From NCBI GenBank assembly GCA_038087875.1, contig CM075989.1, positions 16,804,001 to 16,868,000 on the forward strand: a stretch of DNA of 64,000 nucleotides. The letters run 5' to 3'. The position numbers and the translations under genes are program-made. The notes beneath the pieces are model-generated. The model made no database searches and had not been told where the DNA came from. It saw only the letters and a list, made by a program, of their open reading frames with translations. Below, one piece after another: positions 51,201 to 63,945 of this stretch; positions within the stretch are counted from its first letter, which is position 1; each line of letters starts with the position of its first letter. Source of the DNA: Malacoraja senta. Its lineage: Eukaryota.

Positions 51201-54009
51201 GGCATAAAAACCTATAGGCCACATGCTGGAAAATGGGATTAACATGGATGGGTGCCCAGTGTTTGGCAAGAATGTGGTGGGCTGAATGGCCTGTTTCCAT
51301 GCTGATAGACATCAGTCTAGAGAAGGGTCTCGACCCATAAACTCACCCACCCTTTCTCTCCAGAAATGCTGCCTGACCCGCTCAGTTACTCCAGCACTTT
51401 CTGTCTACTGTATCTCCCAGCATCTGCGTCATTTCTACACATTTTGTCTGTTCCACTGCAAAATCTCCTCAATGTATGCCTACTCTGAAGAAGTTCTCCT
51501 CCTCTTTCCGATGGGGTCTGAAGAAGGGTCCCGACCCGAAAAGTCACCCGCCCCTTTTCCCCCCAGAGATGCTGCCTGACCCACTGAGTTACTCCAGCAC
51601 TTTGTGCCTATCTTCGGTATATACCAGCATCTGTAGTTCCTTTTTACACACCGTTTGCAAGCTGTATGATACTATTACTCCAAAGTCCATGGCAAATCAA
51701 CTCAGATGTGGAGTGTTCTGCCGAGCTCCAGTTTAGTATACCGGCTCAGATCTCAGGTGGTGCGGCTAAAGGTTCTAATGACCTTGAGAGTCTTCAGAGA
51801 AGCAGCAGTGTACTTGGACAAAGTCCTGCAAGAAGCAGATTAATTTCATAAACCCGATGGAGAAATCATTCAGGGAAAAGGGTCAGATCAAAAAACCCAA
51901 ATTGCTCATAATTTGCCATTTCCTGATTAGATGTGGAAAAATGGCATTTTCTTTGAACCCAATTCGGTTACTAGTAAATTAATTAGCCCGTCAAAGAGCT
52001 TTCTTCTAAGCAGCGAAACAACCAGTTAATCTTTCATTATGTAGCACATTTTTCACATTGTGCTTGAAATAATACTGCAGGAAACAAAGACACTAGGAAT
52101 TGCAGATGCTGGTTTATTTTTAAAAAAAGACACAGAGTGCTGGAGTAACTTAGCTGGCCAGGCAGCATCTCTGGAGAACATGGATATGCCACTGAAATGT
52201 CACCTATTCATGTCCTCCAGAGGTGCTACCTGACCCGTTGAGTTACTCCGGCACTTTGTGTTTTTATCTGTTGAACTGGATTAAAAAGGTAAGTTAAACT
52301 GCAAGTGGATTTCAAGAGTAGGTGAGTGAGAAACATGATTACAGGTGGTTCCATGGACATGTAAAAAGGAAAATATTGCAAAAGACAAAACATAAGCAAA
52401 TATTTTGTTCCAGCTGTGTAAATTGTAAAATTTCCCTAATGTGTGTAGGATAGTGTAAAATATGGGGATCGCTGGTCGTTGCGGACTCAGTGGGCCGAAT
52501 GGCCTGTTTCCATGCTGTATCTCTAAACTATACCAAACTAAACACATTCACGTGCGCATCCCTGTTCTAGTGCAACAAGGTAGGTGGCTGCTTTACTCAT
52601 GGGCCTGCAGTGTTGGAGCCACAGTCTTAGCCCACAACATGATATTGTGCTAATTTCAAAATGTTAACAACCAATTTAATCGCATTTGTGCACACATATA
52701 TGAGGAAAATGTCAAAATTCTGAAACTAATGACTGTTCTTGGTTATCCCCGGAACATTTGTACGGATAATTTATCCCATCCTGTATCATTGCTCCACCCT
52801 GTCAATTTATTTTGCTCATTTCTATTATCAGCACCTTGTTTTTCCTCTTTGCTTTCACCGGTTCCCTTATTGCTTTCTGCAGCTCCTCATGCTGTCTGAA
52901 CAGTTAGGATTGACTTTCTGACTTCTTGCTAACACATCAAATCCCTTCTTGCTGACCTTTGCTCAGCACCATCTGGCCAGTCCATTAATTGAAGACTGTC
53001 TTTTATGTTTCTCTTCTGACGGGACAGATCCATCCGTTCACAGGTTCCCCTAATTGCTCCACTCCTGCAACTTCTCCATTATATAACACTCATCGTGGTG
53101 ATGTTTGCTTCTGAGATTTGCCATGATATAAATCATTACATTATTACATTCCTTCTCTCCACAGATGCTGCCTGTCCCGCTGAGTTACTCCAGCATTCTG
53201 TGTCTATCTTTGGTGTAAACCAGCATCTGCAGTTCCTTCATACACACCAGAATTATTATTACACTTGTGTTAGAAAATGCAATGGTGTATTCTCAGTCCT
53301 CGGCTTTGAAAGTAATTTCTTTTGCTACGCTCCACTTTCCCCGAATATTGGCTGCAGAGTTCCGTCTGCACAAACTGCAGACTGAACAAAATGAGTTTGT
53401 AATGTGCCCTCACTATACAGTTTGTGTGGCTCGAACTTCATCCACTTTCCAAAGTGATGGATTCCAACAATATTCCAACAGACGGCTGTGAAGGCCAAGT
53501 CAATGGATATTTTTAACCAGAGATGAACAAATTCTTGATTAAGACAGTTGTCCGGGGTTATGGGACGAGGGCAGGAGAATGGGGTTGAGAGGGAAAGATA
53601 GATCAGCCATGATGGAGTGGCGGAGTAGACTCGATGGGCCGGATGGCCTAATTCTGCTCCTAAAACGTATGAATATTTATAGTTTCTGCAAGAAAATCTT
53701 TTTTATTTTTCAGATTTTTTTTGAATTGCAAGTAAAATATTTCAATACCCTGAAAATTTCGATGCCAATATTGTTGTTAACTAACAGCTGTAAGCACCGT
53801 AATATTGGGTTGTGCATTTTCACATTGATTTGTACTGCCAGTCCTTCGGGACTGGGATCGCTCAAATAAATCCAATATTTATTAATTATGCAGCATGTGT
53901 GTTAGCAACCAATATCCTTACACAGTGCCCACATGTCAGGAGCCATCTGCTCTCACTTCAACTTCTTGTCAAATTCAGCTTTCCCTCTGGCACTGAATCA
54001 ATTTCTAAT

Positions 54010-54755
54010 CAAAGATTTCAAAGGTTTCAAAGGTCTTTTATTGTCACATGTACCAATTAAGGTACAGTGATAAGCGAAATACCTTACAGCCATATGAAAA
54101 AAAAAGCAACAAGATACACAACTACATAAAAGTTAACATAAACATCCACCACAGTGGATTTCCCACATTCCTCATTGTGATGGAAGGCAAAAAAGTTCAA
54201 TCTTAATCCTCTTTATTCTCCTGCGGTCGGAGCAGTCGAACCATCCGTCGGGGCAATTGAAGCTCCCGCAGCCGGTGTTCAAAGCCCCCATGTCGGGGCA
54301 ATCGAAACTCCCGCGTCCGGGCGATCGAAACTCCTGCGTCGGGGCGGTCGAACCTCCCGTGGCTTGGAGTTCCCGAAGTCGATCTCTGACCAGAGATCGT
54401 GGGCTCCGTGATGAAAGTCCGCAAGCACCCGTGGTTGGATATCCGAGGTCGATCTCAGACAAAGGGATCGCAAGCTCCGCGATGGTAAGTCCGCAGGCGA
54501 CCGCGCTGGAGCTCTCAAAATCGGTTTCCAACAAAGGCCGCCAACTCCTCGATGTTAGGTCGCAGTGCGGACCGATATACGATACGGAAATAAAATTGCA
54601 TCTTCGTCACGGTAAGAGATTAGAAAAAGTTTCTGCCAAACCCCCCCCACCCCCACATAAAACAAGCTAAAGAACACTAAAAACATACATTTAACACATA
54701 CAATTAAAACATAAAGAAGGAAAGGACAGACAGACTGTTGGCGAGGCAGTCATTG
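54010..54755 (-). mobile_element. CpG-rich non-coding retroposon related to 22395-23320
   Basis: Tail (AAAGGTTTC-type repeats, TTTTATTGTCAC) at the left, shared hairpin at ~54145-54184, and internal imperfect GGGCAATCGAAACTCCCGC-type tandem units. Confidence 0.6.
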
Positions 54756-55068
54756 CTTCCCCCTACCCAAGCATTCCTCATTCAGGGAGACTTATTGCAA
54801 GATCTGCCAGTTACCAATTTCCTGTGGGAATTCCCTTTACTCCTGTTGCAACATCAAAGGGAAATGAACAGAAATCTCAAACAATACCTGTACTGTCTGA
54901 AGAAGGGTCTCGACTCGAAACGAGAGTCTGAATAAAGGTCTCGACCCGAAACTTCACTCATTCCTTCTCTCCAGAGATGCTACCTGAGTTACACCAGTAT
55001 TTTGTGTCTGCCTGTACTGCACAATTTCCACTGATCTTAAAAACGGTATGTTGGAAGTGTGTATATAT

Positions 55069-55818
55069 GGGTGGCACAGTGGCGCAGCGGTAGAATTGCT
55101 GCCTTACAGCACCAGAGACCTAGGTTCGATCCTGACTATTGGTGCTGTCTGTATGGAGTTTGTACATTCTCCCCATGACCTGCGTGGGTTTTCTCCAGGA
55201 TCTCTGGTTTCCTCCCACACTCCAAAGACATACAGATTTGTAGGTTCATTGGCTTGGTAAAATTGTAAATTATCCCTAATGTAATTAAGCTCCGAGGACT
55301 CTCCCGACGGCCAGGAACATCGGGCCTCCGTAGAGGCAACTGTGGTGGCCTCGATGGGCCTGACTCTGGGGAGAACTGGGTTGGGGACTGGACATTGTGC
55401 CTTCCCCCACAGTGGTGGTCATTGTGGGGGGATGATTTTGTGTGCTGTGCCTGTGCCTGTGCCTGTCAGTCCGTGTACAAGATGGCGGTCGGAGGGGAGA
55501 TGGACGCTGGCGCGAAATGGTCGCCGCTGCTCTCTCCTCAAATTGTGTTTCTTATTTTCTTTTGGTGCTTTTGAAATTGAATTCTGTCCTTGATTTGTGT
55601 ACTGTGGTGTTTTCTTATTTAATTTATTCCGATTATGTGTTTTCTGTTTTGTTGTGATTCTATGCATTGTAAGGTGTCCTTGGGTTTTAGAAAGGCGCCA
55701 GTAAATAAAATGATTATTATTATTATTATTATTAATGTGTGTAGGATAGTACTAGTGTGCAGGGATCGCAGGTTGGCTCGGACTTGGTGGGCTGAAGGGC
55801 CTGTTTCCGCACTATCTT
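55069..55818 (+). mobile_element. HE1-like V-SINE split by a nested insertion (55283-55732)
   Basis: A-box TGGCGCAGCGG, B-box GGTTCGATCC and V domain are present. The SINE resumes after an (ATT)n-tailed insert; possible TSD TAATGT at 55277-55282 and 55733-55738. Confidence 0.75.
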
Positions 55819-55919
55819 TTGTCAAATTTTGGTCAAATGTGACACTTGTGAATTCAACTTATCAACTTGTGATGTGCACTACAAACAACATTCACATTCG
55901 CACCTAATGGTAGTTGAAA

Positions 55920-56220
55920 TCACACGCTCTTACACAGACACTGACACACACGCTCACATGCTATGGTATACACTTTCACATGTATTGATACACACCTTTA
56001 CATGCACTGACACGCACTTACACAAACACTGACACACACCTGCACAGACACTAACACACACTTATACAGACACTGACAAAACATTTACATGCACTGATAT
56101 GCACTTTCACAGACACTTGACACTGACACACACATTCACGTGTACAGACACACACTTTTACATGCACTGCCACACACTTACACACTCATACACACTTTCA
56201 CAGACACGGCACAATTACAC
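55920..56220. repeat. Degenerate CA-rich low-complexity tandem repeat
   Basis: Recurring ACAGACACTGACACAC and CACTTTCACA units. Confidence 0.8.
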
Positions 56221-56619
56221 CAAACTGCAATTTCTCAAGTCACCCGTCACGTGTGGAGAGAGAAGCGGAGCTAATTGCACATCATCTTATCAAATGAATT
56301 GGTAAATATGTGTAACTTGGCTTTGTTCCCTCAGGTCTGGATTATTTCAAAATGTGTTGACAAAAAGTGTGATATTTGTTTGGAATTCATTTAATTCATT
56401 TCATATTTCAGCTCTTTTCATATTAAAACTGGTGAGTCATTTCCTTTCTCTTCCAATGTAATGTCCCCCTGGTAAATATTGGCAGCAAAGTAATTTCATA
56501 CTTCTGTTTTCTTATTTTTTACCACATGATTTCTCCTGTCTAATTCTCCACTCAACTTTTTATTTATGTGTCTGCGGAATATTTTGTACGATTTCCTTTA
56601 TATTCCTTGATAAAAACGA

Positions 56620-56935
56620 GTGGCGCAGCAGGTAGAGCTGCTGCCTCACAGTGCCAGAGAGCCGGGATCAATCCTGACCTCGGATGCTGCCTGTGTGGAG
56701 TTTGCACGTTCTCACTGTGCAAACTAGGCTTCCTGCAGGTGCTCCAGCTTCCTCCCACATCCTAAAGACGTGTGGGTTCATTGGTAAATTGATCTCTGTA
56801 AATTACCCCTGGTGCGTAGGGAGTGGGTGAGAGAGTGGGATAACATAAAACTAGTATGAATGGGTGATTGATGGTCAGTGTGGACTCAGTGGGCTGCAGG
56901 GTCTATTTCCATGCAGTATCTCAAAACTAAACTAA
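56620..56935 (+). mobile_element. HE1-like V-SINE
   Basis: TGGCGCAGCAGGTAGAGCTGCTGCCTCACAG head, GGAGTTTGCACGTTCTC V domain and (AAACT)n tail. Confidence 0.75.
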
Positions 56936-57244
56936 GTCTTATTTCATTATTCCTCTTTTTTGTTCTAACATTAATTTCCCCCTTTTCTCCAGAAGTTTGC
57001 CTGCCCATATGGTTTGTATTTACCTTTGTGCCACCCACAATACTTCATTTGCTCTTTTTGTCATGAACTGGTTTTAATTTGTTTATTTTGTTTCCGGTGG
57101 AAAACATTTTCCCCAGACTCTGTTTTTATTGCTGTACATTGCTGTTATAGATAATTGTCTACAAATAGAAACATAGAAAACATTGAAAAATAGGTGCAGG
57201 AGTAGGGCATTTGGCCCTTCAAGCCAGCACTGCCATTCAATATG

Positions 57245-58285
57245 TAGCAATGTTACAAAATTTTGAGATTTTAAAAATAAAGTCTGCAATTTATCCCATC
57301 AGATAAAGCATAAAAAGAAGTTTAATTTGACACATAATTCACTTTTATATCTTCAGTATTAAAGAAGTTATGGCCATTTTCATACTCGGAAATTAGCATC
57401 TTGTTCCCTATTGCTTTTCCATTGACTTAACACAAAAGCTGTGATCGAGGACAGTTAAAAGCCCATAACTTTCTTAAAAATTAAGATAACTGAAAGAAAT
57501 TTTCAGTTATTATAGATTGAAGCATTCTGAAACAAATATGAAACAATCTTACTTAGAAGACATGAAAGTAAAGCATATAATTAGTTAGTTACCTAATTGT
57601 AGCTAATTACAAAATTCAATTACTAGATCTAAACATCTATCAATTTCTTAAGAATAGATTGACATTTTTAAATAGCCTAAGTGTCCAAATAACATTCACA
57701 CAATAATTCACAATATAACATAATTTTTAAATCTCATTTTCATGAATTTACAGGCCAAATGGAAGGAATTGAATGTTTAATACCTGTAAATTAATGGGCA
57801 TTTAAATCATCTTGTGAGTGAGGATTTCTGGAACGCGATCTTTTGGAACGTTGATTTGCGGTGAATTTAACCCCGTATTGGCATGAAAAATACTGCCGTT
57901 AGTTCGGGGAATAAAATCACCGTGTCGCATGAAAAAATGTGAATTAAAGGCTTCTTAAGAAGCACTTTTATACATTTAAAGAAACCACTTTCGTTTACCT
58001 GTCCCGTGTGTGAAATCCGTCCCCGTTATCGGCGTTGACGCTTCAGGAGCTGCTTTTAAAATTACTCCAGCGCTGACATTGACGATTTAATAAAAATAAA
58101 AAATTCACAAAACGCCGCTAGGAACGATTTGTCAGCCAACGCTTGTACTCCAACGAAATATAATTCAGGACAAGGGAGGAGAAACCGCGTTTTAACCCCG
58201 CCCCCCCCTTAAAGGCGGCAAAATCGCGCACACGGCCAGTGGCAGAATTACAGCGCGACTGAAGGTAAGTTTTGTAACATACCTA
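57245..58285. mobile_element. Non-autonomous DNA transposon (1041 bp) inserted in a CR1 tail
   Basis: Imperfect TIRs TAGCAATGTTACAAAA and (rc) TAGGTATGTTACAAAA. CAATATG is duplicated at 57238-57244 and 58286-58292; removing the element restores the CR1 sequence GCCATTCAATATGATCATGGCTGATC. Confidence 0.85.
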
Positions 58286-58764
58286 CAATATGATCATGGC
58301 TGATCATCTAAAATCAGTACCCCGTTCCTGCTTTTTCTTCATACCACTTGATTCCTTTAGCCCTAAGATTCAATCTAACTGCCTCTTAAAAACATCCAGT
58401 GAATTAGCCTCTGCTTTCTGTGGCAGAGAATTCCACAGATTCACAACTCTCTGGGTAAATTTTTTTTTCCTCATCTCAGTCCTAAATGGCCCACCCCTTA
58501 TTCTTAAACTGTGAACCCTGGTTCTGGATTACCCCGGGAACATTTTTCCTGCATCTAGCCTGTCCAATCCTTCAAGAATTTTATATGTTTCTACAAGATC
58601 TCATCTCCTTCTAAATTCCAGTGAATACAAGCCCAGTCGACCCATTCTTTCATCATATGTCAATACCGTTATTTGTTTTATATTCGCATGTGCGTAGGAG
58701 GGAATTGCAGATGCTGGTTTACACCGAAGATAGACACAAAATGCTGGAGTAATGATCATGCTCA

Positions 58765-59100
58765 TATTTTGTTTGGGCAGCTTACAACCCAGCAATATGA
58801 ATATTGACTTTTCTAACTTCAAGTAGCCCTTGCTTTCCCTCTCTCTCTCCATTCCTCCTCGTCTGACTGTCCTACTGATTAAATGTTATCTTTGTATGCC
58901 TCATTGTCACCATCGCCTAGATCTATTCTACATTTTCCTTGAACTCTCCCCTTTGAGCTCTCCTTTTTACACCTTACCCTTCCATATCTCTCTCCCCTGA
59001 CTCTCAGTCTGAAGACGGGATTCGACCCGCAACGTCACCCATTCTCTCTATCCAGAGATGCTGTTTGATGCGCTGAGTTACTCAAGCATTTTGTGTTCAT
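58765..59100 (+). mobile_element. Penelope-like element 3' end with terminal repeat
   Basis: CTCATATTTTGTTTGGGCAGCTTACAACCCAGCAATATGAATATTGACTTTTCTAACTTC (LIFCLGSLQPSNMNIDFSNF) and a degenerate hammerhead core near 59009. Confidence 0.7.
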
Positions 59101-60944
59101 ATTGGCAAATTCTATTCTCAGCCCGTCTAAGTAGAATTGCTCCTATCTTATCGGTATTCATCTTCATTTTATCTTAAAACACAAAATGTTAAGTTGATAA
59201 TCACAGGTCCTCCCTATTTTTGTCTCTTATCGGTTCTGGTTGATTTCTTGTTATTAGAAACACCCTCCCTTGCTGAGTGTATGAGATACAGAGTTGACAA
59301 CCAGTCAATGTACTCCACTCTCCCATCCATTCCTCTTCTGGTCAATTAATTTAAAGTGGTTGAAAGTCTATGTGAGAATTTAATGTTTCTTTCCTTACTT
59401 TTGCACCTCTACCTTCCTCCCACTAACTGTTTGATGATCCCCCTTATCTATTCTGCTCAGCACATCCTCAAAGAACTTTAGAAAAAAAATGAGCTTGATG
59501 TTCCTTTCATAAATCCATGTTGACTGCTGAAACATCTTATTGCTTTCAACTCGTTCTGTTATCATTTATTCCATTGTATATTTCCATCATTTTCTCCACC
59601 ACAGATGTGAGGCTACGGGTGGAGTATGGTCTCACTTACTGCCCACCATACCACAGGAACAAACGCAGAACCTACAGAAGGTGATAACTAGAGGATCCAC
59701 TCTCTCAGAACTCTGAGCTGTAGATCCTCAATACCTGCGGATTAATTGGCTTTTAGGTTTACCAGCTTCTCCAGTGCTATTTTCTGACTAATACTTAGCG
59801 GCTTCAGTTCTCACTAAACAACAGATTATCCTCATACATCAGCAAGTTTTATTGAATCCCTCTGCCATTTCTTTATTCTCCATTATAAATTCTCCTCTCT
59901 GACTATAAGCACTCTCCACTCTCATCTGTTCCTTTTTATGGCCCATAAAGACTTTTACTGTCTGTTTTTATACTTCTTGCCAGTCTACTCTCACTTTCTT
60001 TCTTGCTTTTCTCCCAGTCCTCGAGCCTATTGCAGTCCCAGCAATTGTATAAGCCTCCTCATTCGATTCAATACTATCTTTAATTTGTAAGAAGGAACAG
60101 CGGATGCTGGTATAAACCGAAGATAGACACAAAAAGCTGGAGTAACTCAGTGGGACAGGCAGCATCTCTGGAGAGAAGGAATGGGTGACGTTTCGGGTCA
60201 AGACCCCTCTTCAGACGGGTCTTTAATTTGTAAAGTCTTTAATTTTTTTGGTCAACTGTGGATAAATCACTTTTCTTTTGGGGTTATTTTTGCCTGTGAA
60301 GAGTTTTTCACAGCTTATTTCTTTGCCTCTCCACTGTCTCAATTTATCCTCCCAAACAACCACATTCATCTTGCCTTCGTACTTTCAGAATTTCCTGACT
60401 TTAGATTTTACTTGCATTACATCACTTTGAAATCCATAGTAGAGTCGCATCACATTGCAGTTACTCTTCTCCCGTGAAGGCTGCTTGACAAGAATATTAT
60501 CAATCAACCTTTCTCATTGCACAAAACAAGGTCAAATATTTATTTTATAAAGCTGTACCGTTAATCTCCTGCCCTTACATTTTACACCCAGGCTAATAGT
60601 AATAAAATACACTTCCTTCACCGACTTAGATCCACCTTCAGAGATCTTTGGACTTGTTTGCCAAAGTCCTTCTGTTTTTGCCCTACCATTCACTTGCATG
60701 ATCTGATCCCCTCTCTGAATCCCTCTCCCCACCCCTCTGCAATTCTCTCTACAATCACCTTTGTTCCTTCTTTTGTCTACCCCACAGTAAATAAAACACC
60801 CACCTGCCATCCAAGGTATGCAGCCATCATGATAATGCTCGTGCATTGTTTAGTTTATTGTTTATTGTCACGTGTATCGAGGTACAGTCAGAAGCTTTTG
60901 TTGCGTGCTAACCAGTCAGCGGAGAGACATAGGATACAGAGACA

Positions 60945-61700
60945 AAGATTCAGATTCAGATTCAGATTCAAACTTTATTGTCATTGTGCAGTGTACAAGT
61001 ACAGAGACAACGAAATGCAGTTAGCATCTCACCCAGAAGAGCGAACATAGAATAATGGAACAGTAAAATATATATATGTACATACAGTAGCAGTAGTGCA
61101 ATTTTTCTGGGAGTAGGAGTGTCCGGTGGGGGGGGGGGGGGGGGGGGGTGGTGACTGGCAATCACCAAGGTGCAGAGTTAAGTAGTGTAACAGCCGCAGG
61201 GAAGAAGCTGTTCCTGAACCTGCTGGTCCGGCAACGGAGAAACCTGTAACACCTCCCGGATGGGAGGAGGGTAAACAGTCTGTGGTTGGGGTGAGAGCAG
61301 TCCTTGACGATGCTGCGCGCCCTTCGCAGACATCGCTTGCTCTGGACAGACTCAATGGAGGTGAGTGAGGAACCGGTGATGCGTTTGGCAGTTTTCACCA
61401 CCCTCTGCAGTGCTTTCCGGTCGGAGACAGAGCAGTTGCCATATCATCCTGTGATACAGTTAGTAAGGATGCTCTCCATGGTGCAGCGGTAGAAGTTCAC
61501 CAGAATCTGAGGAGACAGATGGACCTTCTTTAGTCTCCTCAGGAAGAAGAGACACTGGTGAGCCTTCTTGACCAGTGTTGAGGTATTGTGGGTCCAAGAG
61601 AGGTCATCAGAGATGTTGACCCCCAGAAACCTGAAGCTGGAAACACGCTCCACCTCCGTCCTGTTAATATGGATAGGGGTGTGCGTGCCACCCCTCGACC
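60945..61700 (-). mobile_element. Rex1/Babar-clade LINE 3' fragment
   Basis: VERVSSFRFLGVNISDDLSWTHNTSTLVKKAHQCLFFLRRLKK...FYRCTMESILTNCIT and VKTAKRITG...SHPNHRLFTLLPSGRCYR; (GATTCA)n tail at ~60947-60970. Confidence 0.9.
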
Positions 61701-61854
61701 TTCTGTAGATTCCCAAAGATTCCCATCTCAACATTCCTGTACTTTGCGATCTTCTGTGTGGGCACATTTAATCATCTCAAATCATTTTATCTCCAGTTGG
61801 ATAGACAGTGATTCACATGGACTATCTGAATGGCACAAGGTCCTCCCTCCTGGG

Positions 61855-62060
61855 TAGACACAAAATGCTGGAGTAACTCAGCGGGACAGGCAGCATCTCT
61901 GGAGAGAAGGAATGGGTGACGTTTCGGGTCGAGACCCTTCTTCAGACTACGAAACGTCACCAGTTCCTTCTCTCCAGAGATGCTGCCTGTCCCACTGAGT
62001 TACTCCAGCTTGTTGTGTCTATCTTTGGTTTAAACCAGCATCTGCAGTTCCTTCCTACAC
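61855..62060. mobile_element. Inverted Penelope-like terminal-repeat pair with an intact hammerhead-like core on the minus strand
   Basis: Minus strand 61948-61914 reads AGT-CTGAAGA-AGGGTCTCGACCC-GAAAC-GTC-ACCC; the two arms are reverse complements of each other. Confidence 0.75.
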
Positions 62061-63711
62061 AATGTAAGTCTTCATATCCTTAATTAAGTACAGTAATGAT
62101 AGTTTGGGTTATTTTTGATGAACTTTAAAAAAAAGTATTTTCAAAAGATACTTAGTCAGGTACATGGATAGCAAAGGTTTAGAGGGATATGGGCCAAATG
62201 CAGGCAAACGGGACTAGCTCAGATGGTGCACCTTGGTCGCTGTGGACAAGTTGGGCCAAAGGACCTGTTTCCGTGCTGTATGACTCTATCACTCCATGTA
62301 TGGACGGGTCACTTATTCCATAATAAAAATATTTGCCCTCAACCAAGTGTGTTTCCCTGATACATAGATCTCTCAGTAATGTATATTATACAAAGCACTG
62401 TGTTGATGCTGAGACCTATGGAACCCATTGGTACCAGCTTCCAATTACAAATAACCACAACAGTTGGCGCCCTTTGTCCCTCTCGATGACGCAGTTTTAC
62501 TGATCCTGATCCCATGGGCTTTGAATTTCTTGACCAGCCTGGCATGTGGATCTCATGAAAAGCCTTGCTAAAATTCCTGCCCAGCTTTACTTATAAAGGT
62601 GTCGCGAATTAACATCTTTCTCGTGTTCAATTGTTCAGTCGCTGACAGTTTAAGTTCTTTCCACAAATTGTAATCTCCTAAAATTAAGTTCAAATGGCTG
62701 CCATGGCACTGCTATCAATCTGGCCAGCTGGCACGGCAAGGAATGCTTTGGTTCCATGCATTCTAACGGGCTCTTAAATACTTATGGACAACGTGACATT
62801 TCGAAGGATGATGAAAGTGACTACCCAGTCAAAGTTATGGGGAATATTGCAGTTATGAGGGCAATACATTTTGCTGACCTTTTGCAGATCATGAATTCAA
62901 AGTTCTTCTTTAATTTAAATGTGAATGATGGAGCTCATTAACTATTGAAACACTTGTGAAATCCCAACACTGGTGCATATTTGCAAACCTTGGTGCCTAT
63001 GATCGTGTTATACCTTTTGTCAGTTAATAGTACAACTAATCATTTTCTCCCCTGTCTCCTCATCCCCCCCCCCCCCTCCCCCCTTCCATCCCTTCCCACG
63101 CTGGAAAGCAGGAGTGATCCATCCGGACCTTTGAGTCTTTTCAGCACTTTATAGAGTTATAAATTCCTACAGAATGGAAACAGGCCCTTTGGCCCTACTC
63201 ATCCATGCCAACCACGATGCTCCATCTAAGCTCGTCCCATTTCCCTGCATTTGACTCATATCCCTCTAAACCTCTCCTATCCATATACCTGTCCAAGTGT
63301 TTTTAGATGTTATTATAATACCTGTCTCAACAACCTCCGCTGGCAGCTTGTTCTATACACCCACCACCCTGTGAGTGAAAAAGTTGCACCTTGGATTCCT
63401 ATTAAATCTTGTACCTCTCCCTTTATACCTACGCCCTCTGGTTTATGATTCCTCTACCCTGCGTGGAAGACTACGCATTCACTCTAACTTTGTCATGACA
63501 GTGGCTGATCCTTTATCTTGCGCTACTTCCAAACCTAACCCATTCTTCCTTCATTCACTTAATATCTGCAGAAGCAAAAATCAGTGCTGTGAACACTGTC
63601 AGTGACTGAGCCCCAATAGGCCTCCAGCATTGCTGGCTCCCAACATCAGACAAAGCTGCCTGAACTATGTGCAAAAATATGGAGGTCACTATACCTGCAA
63701 CAGGCCCAGGA

Positions 63712-63945
63712 GTACAGTGGCACAATGGTAGAGCCGCTGCCTCACTGCGTCAGAGACATGGGTTTGATCATGACCTCGGGTGTTTGTCTATGTGGAGTTT
63801 GTACTTTCTCCCTGTGATCACGTGGGATTCCCCCCCTCCCCCCATGCTCTGGTTTCCTCCATGAAAAACTGCGATAACATAGAACTATTGTGAACGGATG
63901 ATCGATGGTCAACATTGAACCAGTGGACCGAGGGGCCTGTTGGTT
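63712..63945 (+). mobile_element. Degenerate HE1-like V-SINE
   Basis: TGGCACAATGGTAGAGCCGCTGCCTCAC head and GTGGAGTTTGTACTTTCTCCCTGTGA V domain. Confidence 0.65.

Noticed and set aside
56335..56431. Exon-like segment with a CCCTCAG acceptor and CTG|GTGAGT donor
   Set aside because: The one open frame (SGLFQNVLTKSVIFVWNSF...) resembles nothing I recognise and I found no partner exons.
250..62060. Recurring ~35-nt palindromic motif as a CRISPR-like array
   Set aside because: Copies are dispersed on both strands without regular spacers, in a vertebrate genome; Penelope-like terminal repeats explain them.
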